From IMG/VR virus record IMGVR_UViG_3300046779_001269, positions 1 to 64,000 of that record: DNA of 64,000 nucleotides, one strand, 5' to 3'. The notes beneath the pieces are model-generated. The model was not told the origin of the DNA. It was given only the letters and a program-made list of their open reading frames with translations, and did not search any database. Source of the stretch: a virus. Positions within the stretch are counted from its first letter, which is position 1; every line of letters begins with the position of its first letter. Below, in pieces: positions 47,459 to 54,652 of the stretch. Position numbers and translations under genes: made by a program.

Positions 47459-47550
47459 TGGCGGAAAGCAGAGGAGTCGAACCCCATCCCATTTCTGAGA
47501 ACCTAGTTTTCAAGGCTAGTCGCCGGACCATCCCAGCTGCATTACTTTCC
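47459..47550 (-). tRNA. tRNA-Ser(TGA), extra nucleotides before the D stem
   Basis: Cloverleaf with long variable arm, G73, CCA. Confidence 0.8.
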
Positions 47551-47684
47551 ATTAATTACCATATAGAAGCACGCTACGGAATCGAACCGCCGTGCTAGCC
47601 TGCTCCCCAAAGCGATGATACATCTTTAACCCAGAACCTCAGGAGCTACCTGATTTGTTAAAGATATACTAGCGCACTTCTATA

Positions 47685-47758
47685 TGGCACCCCCACTTGG
47701 AATCAAACCAAGACTAACAAGTTCAAAGCCTGTTGTGCTATCACTACACCATGGAGGA
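47685..47758 (-). tRNA. tRNA-Gln(TTG)
   Basis: Cloverleaf with CCA. Confidence 0.82.
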
Positions 47759-47778
47759 ACAATTATTAACTCTACAAA

Positions 47779-47851
47779 TTTTTAAAGAACAAGATGTGTA
47801 TTGTAACAGAATCAAAGAATCTGGCAACTACACTGTTGTTTTGAAACAACA
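47779..47851 (-). promoter_or_regulatory. sigma70 promoter, palindrome and boxA-like element
   Basis: TTGCCA (47822-47827), 16 bp, TGnTACAAT (47800-47805); TGTTG-N8-CAACA (47834-47851); TGTTCTTTAAAAA. Confidence 0.7.
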
Positions 47852-47854
47852 AAC

Positions 47855-47893
47855 AAAAAACCCTAGTAGATTTCTCTTACTAGGGTCTTGTGT
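47855..47893 (-). terminator. intrinsic terminator (attenuator hairpin) at the head of the tRNA array
   Basis: ACCCTAGTA-AGAGAAATC-TACTAGGGT followed by TTTTTGTTTG. Confidence 0.85.
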
Positions 47894-47918
47894 TTGGAGT
47901 CTTTTTAGAACTTTTTTA

Positions 47919-48035
47919 TTATCCGTCCCATCCTTCATCTACACAAAACCCGAGCGACCATGAGCCATTATCGGCACTATTAATTGTGCGATACTCTGGC
48001 TGCAATGTAAAGGGTTTATGGGATATGAGAGACAC
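47919..48035 (-). CDS. putative attenuator leader peptide (38 aa), not in ORF track
   Basis: GTG start, MSLISHKPFTLQPEYRTINSADNGSWSLGFCVDEGWDG, TAATAA stop; lies between promoter and terminator. Confidence 0.65.
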   Translation of the reverse strand: MSLISHKPFTLQPEYRTINSADNGSWSLGFCVDEGWDG

Positions 48036-48066
48036 TTTTTTCTTTCTAAAAATTAAATATGTTTGT

Positions 48067-48095
48067 ATTATATAGTAAACTTGGAGCCTTGGCAA
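48067..48095 (-). promoter_or_regulatory. sigma70 promoter for the leader/tRNA array
   Basis: TTGCCA, 17 bp, TATAAT. Confidence 0.75.
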
Positions 48096-48119
48096 GCGGT
48101 TTTTAAAAATATTTTTTAA

Positions 48120-48623
48120 TTATTTCCACCTAATTGGCTCGGAAACCACGGGTAAATTTGGATTTTTGAAGCCGTGGAAGACTTCCCACAGACATTCTTG
48201 TACAGCAAACTTGGTCAAAAGACCTGATTCACGACCATGAGCATCTATTTCCCATGGATGTTCCCAATAATCTACCTTGTCAGAATCTATGCGTTTACCT
48301 CTCCACATGGACAGGTCATCATTCGTTTCGCCACAGATTAATTGTTTGACATGCACCATTTCATGTGCAAGTGTGGAGAGTATGGTGGATGCACCTAGAC
48401 CAGGATGGACCTCAATTAGAAACTGTCGAGGTTGATTTCTTGTATTGTAACCTTCCGCACCACATGAACCATAATTTTCCAACTTAGCATCAAAACGAAC
48501 AATCGTGGTACAATTATTTCTGATTCTGGAATTTGTTATCAATTCTTTGGCGAAAAATTCGGTTGCCCGTACAATGTAAGGCTTAAAGTATTTGTCAGGA
48601 CAGTTGTAGACTTTTACTTGCAT
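48120..48623 (-). CDS. HExxH zinc metallopeptidase-like protein
   Basis: TLAHEMVHVKQ...PWEIDA. Confidence 0.8.
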   Translation of the reverse strand: MQVKVYNCPDKYFKPYIVRATEFFAKELITNSRIRNNCTTIVRFDAKLENYGSCGAEGYNTRNQPRQFLIEVHPGLGASTILSTLAHEMVHVKQLICGETNDDLSMWRGKRIDSDKVDYWEHPWEIDAHGRESGLLTKFAVQECLWEVFHGFKNPNLPVVSEPIRWK

Positions 48624-48631
48624 AAGCCTAT

Positions 48632-49060
48632 TTAGATTTGCTCTACTTTCACTCCTGCTTTTTCCAAGAATTGTATGCCAGCTTCACTACGGTAAGTGTT
48701 GCGATAGTAAACAGAATTGATACCAGATTGGTAAACCAATTTGGCACAGTCCAAACAAGGTGCGTGAGTAACGAACAAAGTAGAATCAAGGCCAGATTCG
48801 TTTGACTTTGCCAACTTAGCGATTGCATTTGTTTCAGCATGAAGTACCTCCGGTTTAGTTTCTAATATAACAACTCTTGTTTTGTCGGTCCATTCAGTTT
48901 CACAATTGTTGTCCCAACCGGATGGCATTCCATTGTATCCAATAGAAATAATGCGGTCATCTTTTACGATAACCGCACCAACTTGTAGTCGTCTGGCTGT
49001 AGAACATTCTGCGAATGTCTCAGCCATCTTCATATATGCATCACGAAATTTTTGTTTCAT
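48632..49060 (-). CDS. cd: dCMP deaminase
   Basis: GYNG, HAE, PCLDC. Confidence 0.92.
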   Translation of the reverse strand: MKQKFRDAYMKMAETFAECSTARRLQVGAVIVKDDRIISIGYNGMPSGWDNNCETEWTDKTRVVILETKPEVLHAETNAIAKLAKSNESGLDSTLFVTHAPCLDCAKLVYQSGINSVYYRNTYRSEAGIQFLEKAGVKVEQI

Positions 49061-49209
49061 CAATCAAAGTCTACTGGATAATAATCGTGTTTACCTACAC
49101 CACATTCTGGGCAACCAACTTCTTCTGGTAGCGATTGCCAATCAGATTCTTTCATTGTGTGACCACAAACGATACACACATAATCTCTTTCTTGATTTTG
49201 ATTTTCCAT
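49060..49209 (-). CDS. rubredoxin (49 aa), not in ORF track
   Basis: YVCIVCGH...LPEEVGCPECGVGK. Confidence 0.85.
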   Translation of the reverse strand: MENQNQERDYVCIVCGHTMKESDWQSLPEEVGCPECGVGKHDYYPVDFD

Positions 49210-49658
49210 TATTGTACCTCTTGTAACATTCTTTGATATGCTGTTGCGTGTCGTTCTTCAACTTTGGCCAATGCCGCAAAACGCTTTTCTGCCAACTCCA
49301 AAACTTTTCTGAATTGTTCAGCATGTTCTTTAGATTCATCAATCTGTTCCTGGAACTCAGTAACAGCAGTATGACCTTCTTGCGCTGCTTGTTCCTTAAA
49401 AGTAGGATACATGTGTGTGAACTCATGTGTCTCACCTTCGATAGCCAACTCCAAACACTTGCGTGTGTTTGGTTTACCAATCAACAATTCTAGGTGACCC
49501 CAGGCATGTTTGATTTCTTGGTCTGCTGTATGTTCAAAGTGTTTTGCAACTTCTTCGTAACCTTCTTCACGAGCCAACTTGGCAAAATAACGGTATTTGA
49601 TGTGTGCCATTGACTCACCTGCCAATGCACTCTCAAGGTTTTTAATTGTAACCGACAT
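49209..49658 (-). CDS. rubrerythrin (ferritin-like domain)
   Basis: NL..ALAGESMA, EIKHA, EGETHE, ESKEHA. Confidence 0.88.
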   Translation of the reverse strand: MSVTIKNLESALAGESMAHIKYRYFAKLAREEGYEEVAKHFEHTADQEIKHAWGHLELLIGKPNTRKCLELAIEGETHEFTHMYPTFKEQAAQEGHTAVTEFQEQIDESKEHAEQFRKVLELAEKRFAALAKVEERHATAYQRMLQEVQ

Positions 49659-49758
49659 AATTTCCTTTCAATAGTTAAGTAACCTCATGGATTACTTATC
49701 ATAGTATATCACTATTATGATAGAAAATCTAATTGAAAATTTCTATCATCGTAATAGT

Positions 49759-49835
49759 TGGTGCGCCCACTAGGACTTGAACCTAGGACCAATGGATTAT
49801 GAGTCCACTGCTCTGACCAACTGAGCTATAGGCGC
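49759..49835 (-). tRNA. tRNA with CAT anticodon, probably Ile2 (lysidine type)
   Basis: Cloverleaf with CCA; CTCATAA loop; two other CAT tRNAs already present. Confidence 0.8.
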
Positions 49836-50392
49836 ATGAATGTTTCATATATGTTCTGTTGTTTGGTGATTGCCATATCAACAAAGGCAAGGTTGTCAAA
49901 CATTCGGTCATCATAGTATGCACGAATAGTTCCTTTTGTTGCCTGAACTGTCGCTTCTTTTTCACCATAACCAACTGTAACAACAGTCATACCATTTTTC
50001 TTGGCAATGTGTTGCATTACTTGGTTCTCAGATAGACATTGTGTGTAAAGTGTTCTGACACCTTTCATCATTGCCCATGTTGAACCACGAATGAATAGTT
50101 CTTGTCCTAGTCCTTGTCCACGATAATCTGGTGAAACAGTAAATCCCATTTCAGCTATATCACCATCTATTGAAACATGAACAGAAGCAACAACTTTATC
50201 TTTCTTCTCAACGATAAACCACATGTTCACAATACCAAAATCATAAAACGATTTGGTCAAATAATCTTGAACATTATCATCAGTAGCACTATAACCGAAC
50301 CTCAGGTATCGGTCGTGACCAACAATATCAGTCAAGAAATGGTCAAAGAGTTTACCTTCATCCGACTCATACATTATTTTGCGTGGAATCAT
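49826..50392 (-). CDS. GNAT-family acetyltransferase
   Basis: RYLRFG; V.PDYRGQGLG acetyl-CoA motif; EN..M..IAKK.G. Confidence 0.85.
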   Translation of the reverse strand: MIPRKIMYESDEGKLFDHFLTDIVGHDRYLRFGYSATDDNVQDYLTKSFYDFGIVNMWFIVEKKDKVVASVHVSIDGDIAEMGFTVSPDYRGQGLGQELFIRGSTWAMMKGVRTLYTQCLSENQVMQHIAKKNGMTVVTVGYGEKEATVQATKGTIRAYYDDRMFDNLAFVDMAITKQQNIYETFMRL

Positions 50393-50577
50393 TTTACTTT
50401 TACCATCGAATCTTTGCGGAGGTAATACAACTGTTGTGTCCTGTCATGTGAAGGTTCATGCTTACATACGGCCAAAAACTCCACACCATCAATCTCTTTA
50501 GATTCCCAGTGAGGAAATGTATAGTAAATTTCTTTTGAAGAAATAACCTGCAATTTAATTGGATTAAGTTTTTTCAT
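50389..50577 (-). CDS. small hypothetical protein
   Basis: Start at MKKLNP right after a promoter. Confidence 0.6.
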   Translation of the reverse strand: MKKLNPIKLQVISSKEIYYTFPHWESKEIDGVEFLAVCKHEPSHDRTQQLYYLRKDSMVKVK

Positions 50578-50586
50578 AATGACACC

Positions 50587-50622
50587 ATTATACAATAAAA
50601 AAAGGGGTCTGTCAAGACCCCT
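50587..50622 (-). promoter_or_regulatory. intrinsic terminator overlapping a consensus sigma70 promoter
   Basis: AGGGGTC-TTGACA-GACCCCT-TTTTTT; loop TTGACA, 17 bp, TATAAT (50587-50592). Confidence 0.8.
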
Positions 50623-50626
50623 AGGA

Positions 50627-50710
50627 TTATCTACCTTTGATACCAGGACTTTGCCTGTATCGTTTGATGGCAGCAATCGCCTCTAGTATGTTAGAAAGAA
50701 ATTGCTTCAT
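50627..50710 (-). CDS. very small protein (27 aa) coupled to hsp20
   Basis: MKQFLSNILEAIAAIKRYRQSPGIKGR; ATGA overlap. Confidence 0.45.
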   Translation of the reverse strand: MKQFLSNILEAIAAIKRYRQSPGIKGR

Positions 50711-51138
50711 TTAACGGCAATTTTTTTGATAACATCTTGGGTCTTTACCAAGTTTTGCAACCAAATCTTCAGCATACCATTTGCCAATTCGGCATTATCA
50801 ATTTCAACTTTGTCGTTGATTTTGAATTCACGAGTGAAGTTACGGTTTGCAATACCTTTGAAAATGAAGTTCTCTGCTGGTTCTTCATCTTTAGCAACAC
50901 CTTTGACAACAAGTTTGTTACCTTCTAAAGTAACTTCAATGTCAGACTTTGCAAAACCTGCAACAGCCATTTCAATGACATATTTGTTTTCGTTTACTTG
51001 TTTGATGTTGTATGGGGGATACGACATTGCCTTTGTTGCTGTCTTTGACATTTCTTGGAGGTCTTTGAAAACCTCATCAAAGCCAATTGTGAAAGGGTCG
51101 AATTTACGGAAATCCAATGAAGGAAATAGTTGTGTCAT
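50707..51138 (-). CDS. small heat shock protein (Hsp20/IbpA-like)
   Basis: YPPYNI, EMAVAGF, GIANRNF, A.L.NGML. Confidence 0.93.
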   Translation of the reverse strand: MTQLFPSLDFRKFDPFTIGFDEVFKDLQEMSKTATKAMSYPPYNIKQVNENKYVIEMAVAGFAKSDIEVTLEGNKLVVKGVAKDEEPAENFIFKGIANRNFTREFKINDKVEIDNAELANGMLKIWLQNLVKTQDVIKKIAVK

Positions 51139-51292
51139 GCTTTTTCTCCTGTTAAAGCGAGTAAGTTAAAGTGGTACCCCGAAGGCATACCGATAAAGGC
51201 TGGTTACGGGTTCCAGCGTCACCCTATCGTTGTGACCGCTTTATACGCTCCTAAGGTAGGTGGAGACCTTTTCCCATCCCGATGGGACTGAG

Positions 51293-51321
51293 ATTATAAC
51301 AATATTTATATCACAAGTCAA
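51293..51321 (-). promoter_or_regulatory. overlapping sigma70 and T4 late promoters upstream of hsp20
   Basis: TTGACT, 17 bp, TATAAT; TATAAATA at 51303-51310. Confidence 0.7.
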
Positions 51322-51342
51322 GTATTTTGTGGTTTTTTACCA

Positions 51343-51585
51343 TTATTGATTGTTATGTGAAGCTCCATAACTTGGATGACGATAATCATTTATTCCAATA
51401 GAATCATCTTCCGGTTTCTTTTTGGTTGGTTTACTACCGGCTTTATCTCTCAAATCCAAAGCTTTAGCTGATACTGGATCAGACTTACGTAGTTTTTCCC
51501 TGTCTTCCAAATCCTGCATATGTCTACGGAATGCTTCTTTGTCGAAGCTTGCTTCGGCGACAAATTCTTTGAAACTTTTTGCCAT
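51343..51585 (-). CDS. small putative internal head protein
   Basis: MAKSFKEFVAE closely matches the T4 capsid-targeting sequence. Confidence 0.6.
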   Translation of the reverse strand: MAKSFKEFVAEASFDKEAFRRHMQDLEDREKLRKSDPVSAKALDLRDKAGSKPTKKKPEDDSIGINDYRHPSYGASHNNQ

Positions 51586-51587
51586 TT

Positions 51588-51995
51588 TTATTCTTTCTTT
51601 ATCTTAGCTCCGATATTGTACTTGGGTACAAGTTGCCACTGGTCTTTCTCCTTGTGTGACAATATCTTAATTTGTGACAGGAAGATAGGTTCCGGTGTCT
51701 GGGTTTGTTCTTTGTTGACAATCTTCAACAGGCCCCAATCTTCCAATAGATTCACAATGGCATTTCTACGTGCCAAATCATTCTCTGTAATGTCGGTAGG
51801 TTTACCGTCTAATGCGAATAGTTCTTTGAAATGTACCACATAGTATTGTCCACGCTTGTGGAGAATGTGGCAAGATTGAAATAGTGTATTGTCCTTCTTG
51901 GATGCAACACCAATACGTGTTAATGTTTCACGCACTTTCAAAAAATCATCTTGTTCTTTCAATGTAACTTCTACTAAATCTTTAACATCAATCAT
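51588..51995 (-). CDS. regA: translational repressor RegA
   Basis: DFLKVRETLTRIG, QSCHILHK.G.YY.VHFKE. Confidence 0.95.
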   Translation of the reverse strand: MIDVKDLVEVTLKEQDDFLKVRETLTRIGVASKKDNTLFQSCHILHKRGQYYVVHFKELFALDGKPTDITENDLARRNAIVNLLEDWGLLKIVNKEQTQTPEPIFLSQIKILSHKEKDQWQLVPKYNIGAKIKKE

Positions 51996-52378
51996 TTCAC
52001 TCCGCCTTTGTCTGTTCTTTTTCTTATTTCAGCGATTTGTTCATCAGTAAGTATACGGAGTGCATCTCTTGCCTTTTGGTCAGAATAACCAAAAAAGAGT
52101 TTTACACACTCAATATCTTTATCCTTATTGGCTTTCTGCCACGGAGCAAACTTCCGTTTCATAGGCCTGATGGTATTTAGAAGATACTGATATTGCATGT
52201 CTTTATCAACACTTGGTATCTTGTTAACTTCATTTACATAAAGAACACAATCCATGTGATAGGACAATGCACGATTGACTACAAATGGAGTATAGTCTTT
52301 GTAGTCTGATTCGTCATGTAGAACAGATTTACCGGTCTGGAGAATAGACGGAATAATCTCTTTGAATAAATCTGGCAT
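51992..52378 (-). CDS. 62: clamp loader small subunit (gp62)
   Basis: Y.PF.VNRALS; synteny. Confidence 0.88.
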   Translation of the reverse strand: MPDLFKEIIPSILQTGKSVLHDESDYKDYTPFVVNRALSYHMDCVLYVNEVNKIPSVDKDMQYQYLLNTIRPMKRKFAPWQKANKDKDIECVKLFFGYSDQKARDALRILTDEQIAEIRKRTDKGGVK

Positions 52379-53310
52379 TATTTGAACTCACATTCCACCA
52401 TAATTTCTGTGAGACAAGCAATCAAATTGATTTCATGGTCAGCCACAAATGCTGCTTGATATTGATACTTAGCAAGAATAAGAACCAATTGCGGAACAGA
52501 AACAGGTTTCAACTGTTCATACAGGCCATCATACAAACCACGGAAGATGCGTGACTGGTCATTGTCCAGGTTGTTTGTTACCCACTTACGGCAAGAAGCA
52601 AAGTCTTTGTCTTTAAGTGCCTTGAATAATTCACCTAACTGAACATCAGAAACTGCCGCAAGGATGCCTTTGTCAATAGTACCAGAAACGCTATAACGCT
52701 GCAACTCATTAAGAATCCTACGATTGTCAGGAAAATGTTTAGTGATGACCGCAGCGACCACTTCTTTGTCATAAGTAACACCCTCATCATTCAGTATACC
52801 ACAAACACGGTGGAAAAATTGTGATGCCATCTTGGCTTTAGAACCATTGGCCTTGAAGTCAATAACTGTGCATCTGGAATGCAATGGATCAATGATCCTG
52901 TTCTTGAAGTTACAGGTGAAGATGAATGAACAGTTTGATGCAAATTCTTCAATTCCTGCACGAAGGATCGCTTGTGCATTAGGTGTTAGATAGTCTGCCT
53001 CATCTAGGATGACAACCTTGCGACCGCCACTAAGAGACATTGAACTAGCATAGTTCTTAATCTTAACACGAACGGCGTCAACACCGTTTTCATCTGAACC
53101 GTTAATAATGATGTAATCGCAACCTACTTCTTCACACAATGCACGTGCAACTGTGGTCTTACCGACACCAGCTGTACCACACAGAAGTAGGTTGGGAATC
53201 TCTTTACGGTTTACAAATTCCTGAAATGTCTTTTTAAGTGCATCAGGAAGGATACAATCTTCAATAGTTTGGGGACGATACTTCTCTACCCACAACATGT
53301 GTTCGCTCAT
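52378..53310 (-). CDS. 44: clamp loader large subunit (gp44)
   Basis: WVEKYRP, GTAGVGKT, DEAD, SRC. Confidence 0.95.
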   Translation of the reverse strand: MSEHMLWVEKYRPQTIEDCILPDALKKTFQEFVNRKEIPNLLLCGTAGVGKTTVARALCEEVGCDYIIINGSDENGVDAVRVKIKNYASSMSLSGGRKVVILDEADYLTPNAQAILRAGIEEFASNCSFIFTCNFKNRIIDPLHSRCTVIDFKANGSKAKMASQFFHRVCGILNDEGVTYDKEVVAAVITKHFPDNRRILNELQRYSVSGTIDKGILAAVSDVQLGELFKALKDKDFASCRKWVTNNLDNDQSRIFRGLYDGLYEQLKPVSVPQLVLILAKYQYQAAFVADHEINLIACLTEIMVECEFK

Positions 53311-53342
53311 TCAAATTCTCCATAATATAAAATAACATTGTA

Positions 53343-53690
53343 TCAGATTTTACGCCAAGTGTCATTCTCTTTGACGTATAGTTTACCATCAGGACCAGGT
53401 ACGATATTCACTTTAACATTTTTCTCTGTTCCTGGTTTGTATTGTGGACCAAATCCAATAACATAAGGATTGCCATTGATAGTGTATGATGGTTTAGGAA
53501 TTTCTTCACCATATGTTGCATGTAACTGCAAGACAGGTTTACCCTCAAGTTGTTTCTCCAACTCTGCTGTTGGCAACTCATCTTGTTTGTAGACAATTCT
53601 TTCTTTTGCCTCTTGGTATCCTTTGACACCAACACCAATTAGGCCAATAAGGCCTAATGTCTTTGCAAAACTTCTTCTGCCGGGATCCAT
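53343..53690 (-). CDS. hypothetical protein with twin-arginine-like N-terminus
   Basis: GRRSFAKTLGLIGLIGVG. Confidence 0.65.
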   Translation of the reverse strand: MDPGRRSFAKTLGLIGLIGVGVKGYQEAKERIVYKQDELPTAELEKQLEGKPVLQLHATYGEEIPKPSYTINGNPYVIGFGPQYKPGTEKNVKVNIVPGPDGKLYVKENDTWRKI

Positions 53691-53965
53691 TACTTGACCT
53701 CTGACATACTTTCGTACAAGGCTTCAAACTCTTTTGATTCAGCAACTTCAGTTTGGAATGAATTGTTGAACTGAACTTTTGCCATGCGTTTGAGAATCTT
53801 CTTAGGAATTTTCAATTCGTCATATGCAACATTAACAATATCTGCCATTGCTTCTGTATTTGTTTTGTTACGGTTCATATACATGACCATTTCATCAATA
53901 TAACCTTTTAGTTGTTTGAGTTGGTCATCATCGAAAGAACCGAATAGTGTATTTACTTTAGTCAT
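53690..53965 (-). CDS. dsbA: dsDNA-binding protein (T4 DsbA-like)
   Basis: Size and pattern (DI...A.DEL.I..K...R.......E.E..E...LY). Confidence 0.6.
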   Translation of the reverse strand: MTKVNTLFGSFDDDQLKQLKGYIDEMVMYMNRNKTNTEAMADIVNVAYDELKIPKKILKRMAKVQFNNSFQTEVAESKEFEALYESMSEVK

Positions 53966-53967
53966 AA

Positions 53968-54642
53968 TTAATTTCCAAACTTAGAATCTTTGGCTTCGAT
54001 TGCAATAAAGTATTGCATGTCACCAGTTTTGTTTTTGAATGATGCAAGACCAGCTTTTGAGATTTCAATCCCATAACTGTCAGGAATCATCTTGAAGTTT
54101 TCTGTCAAGAATACTGCCTTGAATGTCTTGTTTTCTTTATCGTCACCGAGTGTTGTTGTGTTTGTGTGTGCCGAATCATCTTTGGCATCAAATACTGTAA
54201 CAGAGACTTGTGTTCCGTCAGATTCAAATGCGATGTTAGGTGAACCCAATACAGCAGCATTCTTTAGAACTTGTGACAAATCTTCCTGTGACAAAGATAA
54301 AGAACCATCAACAGATGGCAACTTCAACTCTTTATCTGGTGGAGATACAATCATGTTCTTTGCGGTAGTACGATACTTGGTCTTTGAACGACCATTTTTG
54401 AAGATGATGTTGTTGTTATCAAAATCCAATTCAGTATCTTTACCAAGAGAATGTACTGACAAGAACTGATTCAAGTCATAGATACAAAAGTCTTGTGGGA
54501 AAGTATCTTTCAAAGTGGCCGTTGCGAGAACGGTCTTTGTCGAAGAAATGGTTTTAATTGTATTGCCTGCTTTGAATTCTAAACCAGAATTAATTCCAGC
54601 AAAGTTTTTCAGAACATTCAATGTTTCGTTAGATAGTTTCAT
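53968..54642 (-). CDS. 45: sliding clamp (gp45)
   Basis: MKLS.ETL..LKNFA.IN, F.IYDLN.FL. Confidence 0.93.
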   Translation of the reverse strand: MKLSNETLNVLKNFAGINSGLEFKAGNTIKTISSTKTVLATATLKDTFPQDFCIYDLNQFLSVHSLGKDTELDFDNNNIIFKNGRSKTKYRTTAKNMIVSPPDKELKLPSVDGSLSLSQEDLSQVLKNAAVLGSPNIAFESDGTQVSVTVFDAKDDSAHTNTTTLGDDKENKTFKAVFLTENFKMIPDSYGIEISKAGLASFKNKTGDMQYFIAIEAKDSKFGN

Positions 54643-54652
54643 AATATACTCC

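Noticed and set aside
41762-47760. CRISPR-like repeat array
   Set aside because: The recurring tgg...tcgaa pattern is tRNA 3' ends and T loops; there are no identical repeats with regular spacers and no cas genes.
43248-48075. ORFs overlapping tRNA genes or the attenuator (44045..44332, 45454..45783, 46115..46393, 46644..46847, 47733..47963, 47890..48075)
   Set aside because: They run across clear tRNAs or antisense to the leader and terminator.
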